From assembly GCF_000012805.1 (NCBI RefSeq), contig NC_007484.1, positions 3,330,001-3,362,000 on the forward strand: 32,000 bases of DNA, in the 5' to 3' direction. Below are positions 23,309 to 32,000 of the stretch, one piece after another. A program made the position numbers and the translations under genes. Below the pieces are notes generated by a model. It was given only the letters and a program-made list of their open reading frames with translations. It did not search any database and was not told the DNA's origin. The first letter of the stretch is position 1. Every line of letters begins with the position of its first letter. Source of the DNA: Nitrosococcus oceani ATCC 19707 (GTDB taxonomy: Bacteria; Pseudomonadota; Gammaproteobacteria; Nitrosococcales; Nitrosococcaceae).

Positions 23309-23593
23309 TTACTGTTTCCGCTGTTGTACTATTTCCTTGAGCGCTTTACTAGGCTTAAAGGTGGGGGCACTTTTTGCTTGTATGATTATCACCTCTCCGC
23401 TCTGGGGATGGCGGCCGGAACGGGCAGCTCGTTTTTGCACAGAAAAAGAACCAAAGCCTACTAAATTAACCCTCCCCTCTTCGCTTAGAACTCCAGTGAT
23501 CGTCTGGAACAGCGCATTTACAGCACGCTGGGCTGTCGCCTGGGAAAGGTTTGCTTTTAAAACAACAAAATTAACTAGCTCAGTTTTATTCAT
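23309..23593 (-). CDS. HU family DNA-binding protein
   Basis: MNKTELV...AV...F..I...L..G..V.LVGFGSF.V..RAAR.GRNP.TGE.I.I.A...P.FK.SKALK pattern, 94 aa. Confidence 0.9.
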   Translation of the reverse strand: MNKTELVNFVVLKANLSQATAQRAVNALFQTITGVLSEEGRVNLVGFGSFSVQKRAARSGRHPQSGEVIIIQAKSAPTFKPSKALKEIVQQRKQ

Positions 23594-23798
23594 CCTGATA
23601 TCTCGATATCCATACTACTACTCTATTTGGGAAATGCCATAAACAACTCCTAGCGACTATCTCCTCAAGCCGTAGGGAGGGTTTCGCTCATTCACTATAG
23701 GATGTATGGCCTATTGATTGACTTAAAAATGCCCGAAGCATAAACTGTATTTCTAATCTATAATTAGAGAGAGCCTAGTTCTTAGTAAAGGAAAGGCA

Positions 23799-24260
23799 AT
23801 GCAACTGACACAATATACGGATTATTCATTACGGGTTTTAATTTATCTCGATCTTTATAATAAGGAACTTGCTACTATTAGTGAAATAGCCAAAAGCTAT
23901 AATATTTCCCGTAATCACCTTGGGAAGGTAGTCCATAACCTTGCAAACTTAGGTTATATTGATACTACCCGAGGAAAAGGAGGCGGCATGCGGTTGTCGC
24001 AAGCGCCCGAGAACATTAATATAGGACAAGTGGTGCGACAGACGGAGGGACGATTTGACCTGGCTGAATGTTTTAATGCCGCACACAACACTTGCTCTAT
24101 TTCCTCTTGCTGCGAATTAAAAAATGTCTTTTGGGAAGCCCGTTGTGCATTTATCGCAGTGCTAGACCGCTATACATTGGCCGATATTGTTAAGAATAAA
24201 AGCCAGTTACGCTCCTCGCTCCAGATTGAATGGTTTCCTCCTAAAGCAGCGAGTCATTAA
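23799..24260 (+). CDS. Rrf2 family transcriptional regulator (NsrR-like, Cys-rich cluster-binding region)
   Basis: MQLTQYTDYSLRVLIYL...ISEIAKSYNISRNHLGKVVHNLANLGYIDTTRGKGGG is the Rrf2 wHTH. Cys residues in ECFNAAHNTCSISSCCEL could ligate an Fe-S cluster. Confidence 0.85.
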   Translation: MQLTQYTDYSLRVLIYLDLYNKELATISEIAKSYNISRNHLGKVVHNLANLGYIDTTRGKGGGMRLSQAPENINIGQVVRQTEGRFDLAECFNAAHNTCSISSCCELKNVFWEARCAFIAVLDRYTLADIVKNKSQLRSSLQIEWFPPKAASH

Positions 24261-24393
24261 GTCGAGAATGCATGTTGCCGAAATCTCCAAGTTCTGATCT
24301 GGAGAATATATTGCTTTATTTCTCTTGGTAACGCGGAGGTACCGCAAAATTACTCACCTAAATATAGCGGTGCGATTCCCGCTGTAATATTGA

Positions 24394-25014
24394 TCAGGGC
24401 GACTTATTTTTTTCCGAGAGCGATGGACTGGATGCCAACATTTTAGGCTTTTTCCACTTTACGCCAAATAAAACGCGTAATGTCCAATTCACAGCCCAAA
24501 TACCTCCAAGAATTAATAAAGCCCGGCCAAGTATACGCTGTTCCCCAAGTAAGTAATTAGCACATAAGCGATCCGGAAGCACCACATATAACCAGCCTAA
24601 ACGCATAAACATCGCCCAGAACTCTAGCATCAATACTCCTCGGGCAATGAAGTTAAGCTGAAACCAACTCAGGCTAAGCGCAGTACCAACAAATAATGGG
24701 ATACCAATAAATTTGGCGATTTCAAAAAGCGGCTCTGAAATGGCCGCATCTAAGGCACGGGGCAGCATCCAGTAAAATACAGTCACAACGACTAAAATCA
24801 TACCGGAGATACCCCACCGATTCCATGGAGCAATTCTACGCTTTAGCTTTTCCGGGAAGGTTTGACCCAACCACCATCCCAAAAAGGCTAGAACTGGTAA
24901 CTGCACCAGCATGTGGGTAATCATACTCATCTCTAGGGCATGCCGTAAGGGCGGCAACGCTAGCAATCCCCAAATCAGGCAAGGCAAATACCAACTCCGC
25001 TTACTAACCTTCAC
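24394..25014 (-). CDS. CtaG-like (Caa3_CtaG family) cytochrome oxidase assembly membrane protein
   Basis: Polytopic membrane protein with MITHMLVQLPVLAFLGWWLG (an H-x-x-x-H...-type first-helix motif). The track start at 25032 is a TTG. GTG 25014 has an AAGGGG SD and overlaps the SCO gene end. Confidence 0.6.
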   Translation of the reverse strand: MKVSKRSWYLPCLIWGLLALPPLRHALEMSMITHMLVQLPVLAFLGWWLGQTFPEKLKRRIAPWNRWGISGMILVVVTVFYWMLPRALDAAISEPLFEIAKFIGIPLFVGTALSLSWFQLNFIARGVLMLEFWAMFMRLGWLYVVLPDRLCANYLLGEQRILGRALLILGGIWAVNWTLRVLFGVKWKKPKMLASSPSLSEKNKSP

Positions 25015-25630
25015 CAACGTCCCCTTCAACAAGAGCCATAGTCAAATAATCCTGCAATTTGGGGTATTCTTCAACCCCAAAAATGGCTACTAGGCGCCCT
25101 TGGGGGTTAATGACATGGTAACCCGCAGTATGGGTATAACCGCCCATTCCATCGGGAATAACCGTTACCTTAAAGAAGTCTAGAATCGCCTTTTTCTCAA
25201 CAGTATGAGTGGGGCGCGCCGCAGCCCAATATTTTCCTTCGCCAGAGAAATGGGATAGATGATGTCGGAGCTGCTCCGGGGTATCCTTTTCTGGATCAAA
25301 ACTAATACTCAATAAGCGCAGCCTATCTTTATCCAGCGCTTTTTCAAACTCTCTCTGAAGATTCCCCATGCCGCTGCTGAGCGTTAAACATGCGCTCGTA
25401 CAGCTAGTGTAAATAAAATCCACAACCACATATCGCCCGTGCCAATCACCCAGTGCTAGTGTCTTAGCATTCTGATCCTCCAAATGCCAGTTGGGGACTG
25501 GTTTTGGATGCTCGCGCACTTCGAGGCGGCGCGCAGTTTCTGCGGTAAAGGCCCGACCCCCGTCTGTGCCTACCCATAGCGCTGTCAGGCCCGCTATTGC
25601 CAAGAGCGTACTTAGAAACAGAGTTCTCAT
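25004..25630 (-). CDS. SCO1/SenC family copper chaperone
   Basis: Signal/anchor, thioredoxin fold with the CTSAC (CxxxC) motif and the downstream conserved His (YTHTAGYHVI). Confidence 0.85.
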   Translation of the reverse strand: MRTLFLSTLLAIAGLTALWVGTDGGRAFTAETARRLEVREHPKPVPNWHLEDQNAKTLALGDWHGRYVVVDFIYTSCTSACLTLSSGMGNLQREFEKALDKDRLRLLSISFDPEKDTPEQLRHHLSHFSGEGKYWAAARPTHTVEKKAILDFFKVTVIPDGMGGYTHTAGYHVINPQGRLVAIFGVEEYPKLQDYLTMALVEGDVGEG

Positions 25631-25840
25631 TTCTCAATCCTCCTCATTGAGGCTGCGTGGAGCGATTAGACTCCCGTTAAATGAGATTTATCCCTTACAC
25701 TCTCCAAGCTAGTATAAAAAACTGATAGATAAAAGCGGCGCGCTTCCCTATTGCAAAGAAACGCAGCCGCTATTCATACTAACCTCTAGAATTATCAGGT
25801 GCTTATTCATTTCCTGAATCCTAGACTTACCTGCTACCTT

Positions 25841-27340
25841 TTAGTGGGCGGGTGCAAGTGCAGGATCGGGAGCTTTCGGAAGTACAGTAAGCACACGCAA
25901 GGTAAATAGCAAAACACCCACTATCACTAATACCGCGCCCAGAGTACTCCATTGCGCATAGGGAACCCACTCTTCTAAGTGAACTGCCCAGCGACGGGGA
26001 ATCCCGCTAGCACCACTAGCCAGAAATCCTCCTACGAACAACAAGGCTCCTCCCACGAAGCTGTAAAATCCTAGCCGTTCGGTTAAAGGTGGTTTTTCTT
26101 CCTGAGCGCCATTGGCTCCATTAAGAAGATAGAAAGTAAAACCAAAGATCATGGGCAACACGCCTAGCAGCAAATAAAAGTGGAAGTGGCCCGGCACCCA
26201 CATGGTGTTGTGTAAGACCCGGTTAAAGGAAACCATGGAATCAACAACTGCCGGAATGCCTCCCGCAGCCCAGCCAAATATGGAAAGCATCAGCAGCTTG
26301 GCAGAGGTATTCCACCGAATCCCAGAGCGATATACAAGCATCAGTGCCCCATAACCGGTCACCACCATTACAGGCAAACCGCTGCCATAGGAAAGTATCT
26401 GCGCCCCTATCATGGCCCACTTTGGCATGGGGAAATCCATGTACAAGTGATGGGGATAGACGCTCATGACCATGAAAACGATGGCAAACCAAGCAGCGTA
26501 AAATACTTTTGAGGTCTTATAAGGACGGCCGGTGTAACGAGGCAGTAATTCATAAATAGCCACTACCGCAGAATAAATTGCCACGTTGATAATCACATGA
26601 CCAAAGAAATAAATTAAGTTCTTGACCAGCAAAGGATCGGGCTTGAATTCTGGGTTATAAAGATTGACCAGCATCATCACCAACACCACCGCTCCTGCCG
26701 CAATACCGATAAAATCAACGATGAGCACCATGGTTCCCGCGACCACGGTCGCTGGATGGTAGGGATTCAGCGGCTCCTTGCCAAACAACTGGGGTAACCC
26801 CAGTGCGCGGCCAAAGCTACCATAGCTGGAAAGAATGGCCCGACCAAAATCTAAAAGGAGAATAAGAAACCCGGTGCCAATAATAAGCAACCCCAGCAAA
26901 AATGCCGCGGCTGCCCCAGTGGACCAAGCACCCATGGAAATACCTGGTAAGGGGTATAAAAATGTCCAGGCGCCACCATACTTGCCAAGAAATACGGACC
27001 CTAAAATAATGACTACACCGGTGAGGAAAATGCCAAAATTGATCCAAAATATCTTAGTGCTTAAGGGCACATACTGACGCAGGAAATACCATAGCACCGC
27101 CATTCCAGCAATTGCTGCTATACCGATCATGCCAGCGCCATGGACCGTCATAAATTGGTAAAAGACATCCGCTCCTATTGGCGCCATGTTGCCTTGGGCA
27201 GCACGCAACGTCGCGCCCGCCAGCATCATTAATAAGAAAACCAAAAATGCAGCAATCAGGTGGGCTTTCACCGCCACCAGGGCACCTTGGTTCTCCGCTT
27301 CACTATAACTAATTTTATTGCTTACTGTTGTTGTACTCAT
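25841..27340 (-). CDS. heme-copper oxidase superfamily subunit I (possibly sNOR-type NO reductase large subunit)
   Basis: 12-TM protein of 499 aa. FGH...Y (CuB His), PHHLYMDF (HH pair), GHFHFYLLLG (heme ligand pair). Confidence 0.85.
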   Translation of the reverse strand: MSTTTVSNKISYSEAENQGALVAVKAHLIAAFLVFLLMMLAGATLRAAQGNMAPIGADVFYQFMTVHGAGMIGIAAIAGMAVLWYFLRQYVPLSTKIFWINFGIFLTGVVIILGSVFLGKYGGAWTFLYPLPGISMGAWSTGAAAAFLLGLLIIGTGFLILLLDFGRAILSSYGSFGRALGLPQLFGKEPLNPYHPATVVAGTMVLIVDFIGIAAGAVVLVMMLVNLYNPEFKPDPLLVKNLIYFFGHVIINVAIYSAVVAIYELLPRYTGRPYKTSKVFYAAWFAIVFMVMSVYPHHLYMDFPMPKWAMIGAQILSYGSGLPVMVVTGYGALMLVYRSGIRWNTSAKLLMLSIFGWAAGGIPAVVDSMVSFNRVLHNTMWVPGHFHFYLLLGVLPMIFGFTFYLLNGANGAQEEKPPLTERLGFYSFVGGALLFVGGFLASGASGIPRRWAVHLEEWVPYAQWSTLGAVLVIVGVLLFTLRVLTVLPKAPDPALAPAH

Positions 27341-27378
27341 GACCGTCTCCGCTACTCTCTCCTCTATGTTTCAAAAGC

Positions 27379-27909
27379 CTAGTTGGCAGCTTCCACCTTT
27401 AATTCACTCATCATGACATGGTGCGCCAAGCCGCAATATTCTAGGCAAAAAATGCGGTATTTTCCGGGTTCATCAAATGTATGAATTAACTTGTTAGTAT
27501 AATCAGGCATTGCCTGAACTTGGGCGACGAGTTCTAAATCTTCATTATAGACCCCAAAACCATGGTTAACATCAGCCCCAATAACCCGGAATTCCACAGG
27601 CTTACCCGCAACGACGGTATCAGTACTCATCGTCCAATACCACTGATGTCCACTCACATCGACTTGCTGATAATCATCACTGGAATAAACCTTGGCTTGA
27701 GAGGGGATGGGAAAGGGAATGAGTGTTCCCAAAGTTAACGCAGTCCCTAAAATAATTAGGAATATAAACCACTTACCGCGAAAGCTATACCATTTTTTAC
27801 TAAAAGACGAATACTCCTCCTGGAGCTTAGAATTACTAATAACAAAATAAAACACCCCAATGAGCAACACTGTGCCGAGGAGTGTTATATACGAAGCAAT
27901 TGATTGCAT
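27379..27909 (-). CDS. heme-copper oxidase subunit II with CuA centre
   Basis: Two N-terminal TM helices. Cupredoxin domain with DVNHGF and CLEYCGLAHHVM (CuA motif H...C.E.CG..H..M). Confidence 0.85.
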   Translation of the reverse strand: MQSIASYITLLGTVLLIGVFYFVISNSKLQEEYSSFSKKWYSFRGKWFIFLIILGTALTLGTLIPFPIPSQAKVYSSDDYQQVDVSGHQWYWTMSTDTVVAGKPVEFRVIGADVNHGFGVYNEDLELVAQVQAMPDYTNKLIHTFDEPGKYRIFCLEYCGLAHHVMMSELKVEAAN

Positions 27910-28289
27910 TGTGCTTATCCTTCCTCATAGACTCGGTCAGAATCTGAAAACATATATTTGATATAGTTCTTTGTCAACTAAGGCGAGGGAATACATTCAA
28001 TATGTTTTCCCGGGGCTTCATGGCTGGAAGCAATGATTATTGGAAGCTACTATCATTAGCTGGATCTAATTGGCCTGCAACGTTAACCCACTTGCCAGCC
28101 TTAGCCTGCCCACCGTAAGTATGAGAGAAAGCTGCTACCGTGTCTATCTCAAGGTAAACCAGGAACGATAGCAAACGAAACTATCAAAAGCACCTCGCCC
28201 ACCGCTGGCTTGGGGTTGTCATCTCTCGCTCTCTACGGACGAAAGCGCCTAGATAGAAAAAAATTGTTTAATACCACAGAGCTTGTTTC

Positions 28290-28877
28290 TCAATATTTCT
28301 CTTTAATAACAACTTGATAAATGGCCAGCACTTTACGGGCGCTGCTCACCGCCGCCCGCGAACTTAGGGTAGCGCCAGTGATACCCTGGATTCCGTAATT
28401 AAGATTAAGCTCAGTGATTTGGCGGTGATAAAGCTGCGCAAACCAACGTTGCGGCGGCTGATATTCCGGAGGCTCATGGAAAGCAAGGGTGTAAATTTTA
28501 TCCAGCTCGCCCCTAGAGGTAAGAATAATCAACAAGGTTTCCGGCTTAGTACGTACCGTATGGGACTCAATCGCTGCATAGCCAAGGAGCTCGCCTTCAT
28601 TTCGCCCCACATAAAAGGTAAACAGTTTAGATTCCAGTTTAGCCCGGGCAAGCTGCTCGATTTCTTCTACTTGGGAATCAGTCAGAAATAGAGACAATAT
28701 CTCGACTTGGGCTCCTTTGCCAAAAGCCAGTTCCAACGCCTCTTTTTTACCGTAATAAATAGTACCAATAGCGTTTCCCGCTACGAGGACTGCTATCATT
28801 GCTCCCGCTATGAGAAAAAAATGCCTCCCGTTTTTAAGCGCTTTCATAAATTCCAATATAGGCATGGCAGGACCCAT
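28290..28877 (-). CDS. FMN-binding domain protein (membrane-anchored)
   Basis: N-terminal TM helix. C-terminal GIQGITGATLSSRAAVSSARKVL matches the FMN_bind covalent-flavinylation motif (S/TGAT). Confidence 0.7.
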   Translation of the reverse strand: MGPAMPILEFMKALKNGRHFFLIAGAMIAVLVAGNAIGTIYYGKKEALELAFGKGAQVEILSLFLTDSQVEEIEQLARAKLESKLFTFYVGRNEGELLGYAAIESHTVRTKPETLLIILTSRGELDKIYTLAFHEPPEYQPPQRWFAQLYHRQITELNLNYGIQGITGATLSSRAAVSSARKVLAIYQVVIKEKY

Positions 28878-28922
28878 AAAAACGGACCCTGCGCAATACG
28901 ATAGGCAAATAATACCTTTACA

Positions 28923-30395
28923 TTAAAAGATAAACCCAAGCCCCAGATTAAACTCATCGGCAGCAGAAGGGTTGCCATCTCTACCTACGAAGTTACGATA
29001 ATCCGCCTTAATAACCACATTGGGAATAGGTTTATAGTTGATACCTACCTGGTAGATATCCTGATTGATACCGCCTTTATCCGAAAATCCCGCCGGAGCG
29101 CTGGCAATAGTATTCAGTTGCTCAAAACGGAAGAAAGGGGCCAGATACTGGATGGTTTCCGGCCACACTAACGGTAACAAGTTATAAGCCAGCTCCGTGT
29201 ACCAACCAAAATTGCTCTCGCCGATGGTTTCCCCCTTGGCGGCACTAAGCGCTTCGGCATCACCGATATGCCCCCAGGCCCCCAGAGCCCGTAACCACCA
29301 GCCTCGGTATTGCCACTGGAGGTGGCCCTCATAGAGCTGAGTAAAGACATCCAGATCTTGCCCCCCATAGCTTTGATCTTGGCCAGAGTTACCCGCATAG
29401 GCGGAGCCCCCAAAGGAAAGTCCAGGCATTCCGGGAGGCGCATAATCCATGCGGCCCACAAAAGCTAAATCTTCCGCTAAAGCTTTACTGCCACTTTGGC
29501 GACCATCGCGAATACCCCTGGAGCTGAATTCTTCAGCGTTCAGTCCATTCACTCCGTACATGGTATAGGTTAACCCTGGCAGCAGCTCGCCAAAAAGGCC
29601 CACGCCAATCTCGCGCCAGGTGCTGGGAATAATTCGCCGCTCAACCTCAGGACGGTTATTTCCGAAAAAGAAAGGCGGTTCATGGATGAGGTTGATAAAC
29701 CCCATGGGCATCAACACCAAACCGGCACGAATATTAACTCTCGGATCAAGAAAGAAATCAAGCGCTGCAAACTCGACGGAAACTTCGCCCTTCTCCTCAG
29801 CCCCTTCGCCGGTAGTCCCATGCTCAAACTCAATCTCACTGTTAAAGATGATCCGGTCGGTGAACTTATACCCAGTATAAAGTACTAGCCGGGCAAAATC
29901 GGCATTATCGTCCCCATCTCCATTCACAAAAGTTTGATAGCGACCTTCACCATAACCACCAATAGATAGTCCTTTACCGACTTGATAAACCTTGGAAGCC
30001 GCCGGCCCTAGACCATACATACTTTTATATTCGAATTCTTCTGGAATATGCATGGCGGTCCGCAGACTTTCCACCGCTTCAGCGAGCACACCCGTTTTGT
30101 GTTCCAGTTCCTTAACCTGAGCTTTTGTCTCTGCATTCTCCTCAGAAGTAGAGGTAGTTGTTTTTGTGGCTTCTTTAGTTTTCTCGGGTACTTCTTTAGA
30201 AATTTCCGGATGAGCTTTCTCAGTTTCTAGGGGTTGGGATTTCGCTTTAAGCGCTTCAATTTCTTGTTGTTGCTGCTGAATGATCCGCCACATTTCTTCC
30301 ATGGTTTGGGGCATTTCCGTCGCTCCCAAGGGTAAGCTTACAGCCAGTGTGAGCGCGGCTAACCCAACTCCCACTAAGCTTTCCTTCTTCCTCAC
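28923..30395 (-). CDS. outer-membrane beta-barrel porin-like protein with N-terminal coiled coil
   Basis: GTG start with GAGAGGA SD, signal peptide, MEEMWRIIQQQQQEIEALKAK coiled coil, alternating beta-strand pattern, terminal ...FNLGLGFIF. Confidence 0.7.
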   Translation of the reverse strand: MRKKESLVGVGLAALTLAVSLPLGATEMPQTMEEMWRIIQQQQQEIEALKAKSQPLETEKAHPEISKEVPEKTKEATKTTTSTSEENAETKAQVKELEHKTGVLAEAVESLRTAMHIPEEFEYKSMYGLGPAASKVYQVGKGLSIGGYGEGRYQTFVNGDGDDNADFARLVLYTGYKFTDRIIFNSEIEFEHGTTGEGAEEKGEVSVEFAALDFFLDPRVNIRAGLVLMPMGFINLIHEPPFFFGNNRPEVERRIIPSTWREIGVGLFGELLPGLTYTMYGVNGLNAEEFSSRGIRDGRQSGSKALAEDLAFVGRMDYAPPGMPGLSFGGSAYAGNSGQDQSYGGQDLDVFTQLYEGHLQWQYRGWWLRALGAWGHIGDAEALSAAKGETIGESNFGWYTELAYNLLPLVWPETIQYLAPFFRFEQLNTIASAPAGFSDKGGINQDIYQVGINYKPIPNVVIKADYRNFVGRDGNPSAADEFNLGLGFIF

Positions 30396-30473
30396 TAATT
30401 TTATCCTCTCTCGAAAACATTACGGCAATAGCCGAAAAAAAGTGGCACAATTAACATAAGATAAGGTTAAAAT

Positions 30474-30492
30474 GCAAATTATTATCATTAGT
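30474..30492 (-). promoter_or_regulatory. Fur-box-like sequence upstream of the porin/FMN-binding operon
   Basis: GCAAATTATTATCATTAGT matches 13/19 positions of GATAATGATAATCATTATC. It sits in an AT-rich stretch 80-100 nt upstream of the GTG at 30395. Confidence 0.35.
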
Positions 30493-31215
30493 TAACGCTT
30501 TAACTTGTTAATTGAACGCTGGCATAAGGAATGGAGCTTATTAGGTTAACAACTAATTTTAAAAATTGCCCTACTCCTAATGAACTGGAAAGGCGCCCTG
30601 TCAGCTGCAGGAGAAATTCTTCTCTCCAGAGAATCCCCAGCACCGGCTGTTCAAATTATCATCAGAGAAGATTAGCCTTTTAAGGATTCGAGGCTAGCCG
30701 AGCCTTGGATTGAAGCCACCTCCATCCGGCTTCCGTCCAGTACTTATGGATTGATATAACTGTTATTTTCCACCAGGGACCAGAGCTGAAGCACCGTACC
30801 GGGTAAATGTTCAGCTAGAAAGAAGAAACGCCAAGAGCTAGCAAGTCCTCTAGCCACGTCTCATCCTCGCTTCTAGTATTAGAAATTGGGCTTCGGAGTG
30901 TTGCCGAGATTGTTGAGCATAAAGTCCCGGATAATAGCCGCTTTTACGCGCTCCTCCTAGTGCCCAGAGCGTGCATAAGGAGAGCAGGGAGGGTAGAGTC
31001 TCCGCAAACAGGGTGTAGGCTCCTCAATGGCAAATGGCCTGGATCGGCCCCGGCCCGGTGGCTTTCCTTAAACACCGCATCCCAACCCACCGTTAGCCCA
31101 AGTTTCGTGACATGCTCAGAATTATTATTTTATTTAATAAAATAATAGGGTAGATTAATAAAATCTTAAGAAGAACAGTATAAACCGCGAACAGAATGGA
31201 AAAAGGATAACGCTT

Positions 31216-31620
31216 ATGAGTATGAATTGGGGGATGGCCGCCGATGGTCTCGGTAAATTGATTTTGCGACTCACTCTGGGCATTTTGGTGCTGTTCCATG
31301 GGATCAACAAAATTACCTATGGTATTAGCGGGATCGAAGGCATGCTGCAAGGAATAGGCCTGCCAGCTTCCATCGCCTACGGGGTTTATATCGGCGAAAT
31401 ACTGGGTCCCATTCTTTTGTTGCTGGGTTGGTACGCTCGCCTTGGCGCTGGACTCATTGCCATTAACATGCTCTTTGCCCTTTTCCTGGCCCACCGCCCA
31501 GAACTTCTTAACCTGACTCCGCAGGGCGGCTGGGCTTTAGAACTGCAAGGAATGTTTTTATTTACTGCTCTGGCCTTAATTCTAACGGGCCCTGGCCGGT
31601 TTAGTCTCAACAATCGCTAA
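31216..31620 (+). CDS. DoxX family membrane protein
   Basis: 134 aa, four TM helices. RLTLGILVLFHGINK...GLP...Y..Y.GE..GP.LL..G...R......I.M..A...H motif pattern of DoxX. Confidence 0.8.
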   Translation: MSMNWGMAADGLGKLILRLTLGILVLFHGINKITYGISGIEGMLQGIGLPASIAYGVYIGEILGPILLLLGWYARLGAGLIAINMLFALFLAHRPELLNLTPQGGWALELQGMFLFTALALILTGPGRFSLNNR

Positions 31621-31635
31621 CGGGCGCGGGCACCA

Positions 31636-31666
31636 GGCGCTACTCTGGTAGGTCTAGAGTAGCGCC
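31636..31666. terminator. perfect 11-bp hairpin between convergent genes (possible bidirectional terminator)
   Basis: GGCGCTACTCT-(9 nt)-AGAGTAGCGCC. Located between the DoxX stop (31620) and the minus-strand stop at 31668. No clear U-tract. Confidence 0.4.
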
Positions 31667-31667
31667 G

Positions 31668-32000
31668 TCAAACCGGATGAATAATTAAATGACGCTGGGG
31701 CTCGCTACCTACGCTCTCCGCTAAGAGATGATGGCGGACCGCAAGGCGGTGCTGCAATTCCCGTATTGCTGCGGAGCGGGGTTGCAAAGCAGCCGTCACA
31801 CCTTCTTCCATCACTTGCTTAATAGCCGCTTCAGCTTCACTCACCGCCGTATCCACCTCGTCCCTCGGCACTCCATGAAGGATATTAAGCACATTCTGCA
31901 GCAAACGCCGAATTTGAGCAGTAGTATTCTTTTTTACGACGTAAAGGGGCAATCGAGTCGCTTGCAGTAGCCGCCGTAAACGGGCATCTTCCGCCCGGGA
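31668..32000 (-). CDS. R3H-domain nucleic-acid-binding protein, C-terminal part (runs off the right edge)
   Basis: The frame is open to the window end (SRAEDARLRRLLQATRLPLYVVKKNTTAQIRRLL...). The ending LQPRSAAIRELQHRLAVRHHLLAESVGSEPQRHLIIHP fits the R-x3-H ... S.G.EP.R pattern of R3H domains. Confidence 0.45.
   Translation of the reverse strand, partial: SRAEDARLRRLLQATRLPLYVVKKNTTAQIRRLLQNVLNILHGVPRDEVDTAVSEAEAAIKQVMEEGVTAALQPRSAAIRELQHRLAVRHHLLAESVGSEPQRHLIIHPV

Noticed and set aside
23246-23464. 72-aa plus-strand ORF with a good-looking AGGAG SD.
   Set aside because: Two thirds of it is antisense to the clearly real HU gene. Its low-complexity sequence has no family features.
31093-31494. 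133-aa minus-strand ORF.
   Set aside because: It is antisense to the DoxX gene, whose four-TM pattern is convincing.
1-32000. tRNA, rRNA or tmRNA genes, especially near dusA and the IS remnants.
   Set aside because: I found no T-loop-like GGTTCGAATCC or cloverleaf-compatible segments, and no rRNA-like conserved blocks on either strand. This was a by-eye scan only.

Overview
Proteobacterial chromosomal window of roughly 50% GC, probably gammaproteobacterial, with two contrasting parts. Coordinates 1 to about 15.7 kb form a decayed accessory region. I read it as a minus-strand-oriented integron-type gene-cassette array with no integrase in the window. It has about nine reasonably formed attC sites (RYYYAAC ... 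GTTRRRY imperfect palindromes) and several weaker relics. Cargo: an MliC-like lipoprotein (partial), a gutted higBA fragment, a secreted Ntn-hydrolase, an intact higBA, a second two-gene TA-like module, small membrane proteins, a SnoaL-like protein, ynfA, a degraded ORF, a 2xCDGSH/glutamate-synthase-domain fusion and a single-gene HEPN (Rx4H) cassette. The array is interrupted by two IS5-family remnants and by a 5-kb block of housekeeping-looking genes (pyrimidine-dimer glycosylase, ABC exporter, tandem USP, CPA2 antiporter). It ends against a truncated, frameshifted sulfatase pseudogene. The rest of the window holds dusA, an IS630 remnant, a DUF421 protein and a minus-strand trio of MoxR-type AAA+ ATPase, HExxH/VWA (DUF2201-like) protein and K+-channel-like protein. 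These are followed by DUF4124, HU, an Rrf2 regulator, a heme-copper oxidase cluster (subunit II, subunit I, SCO1/SenC, CtaG-like) whose order resembles the sNOR clusters of ammonia oxidisers, an FMN-binding protein plus porin operon with a Fur-box-like site, DoxX and a partial R3H-domain protein. I recognised no rRNA, tRNA or CRISPR array. All family assignments are by eye from motifs, not from database searches.
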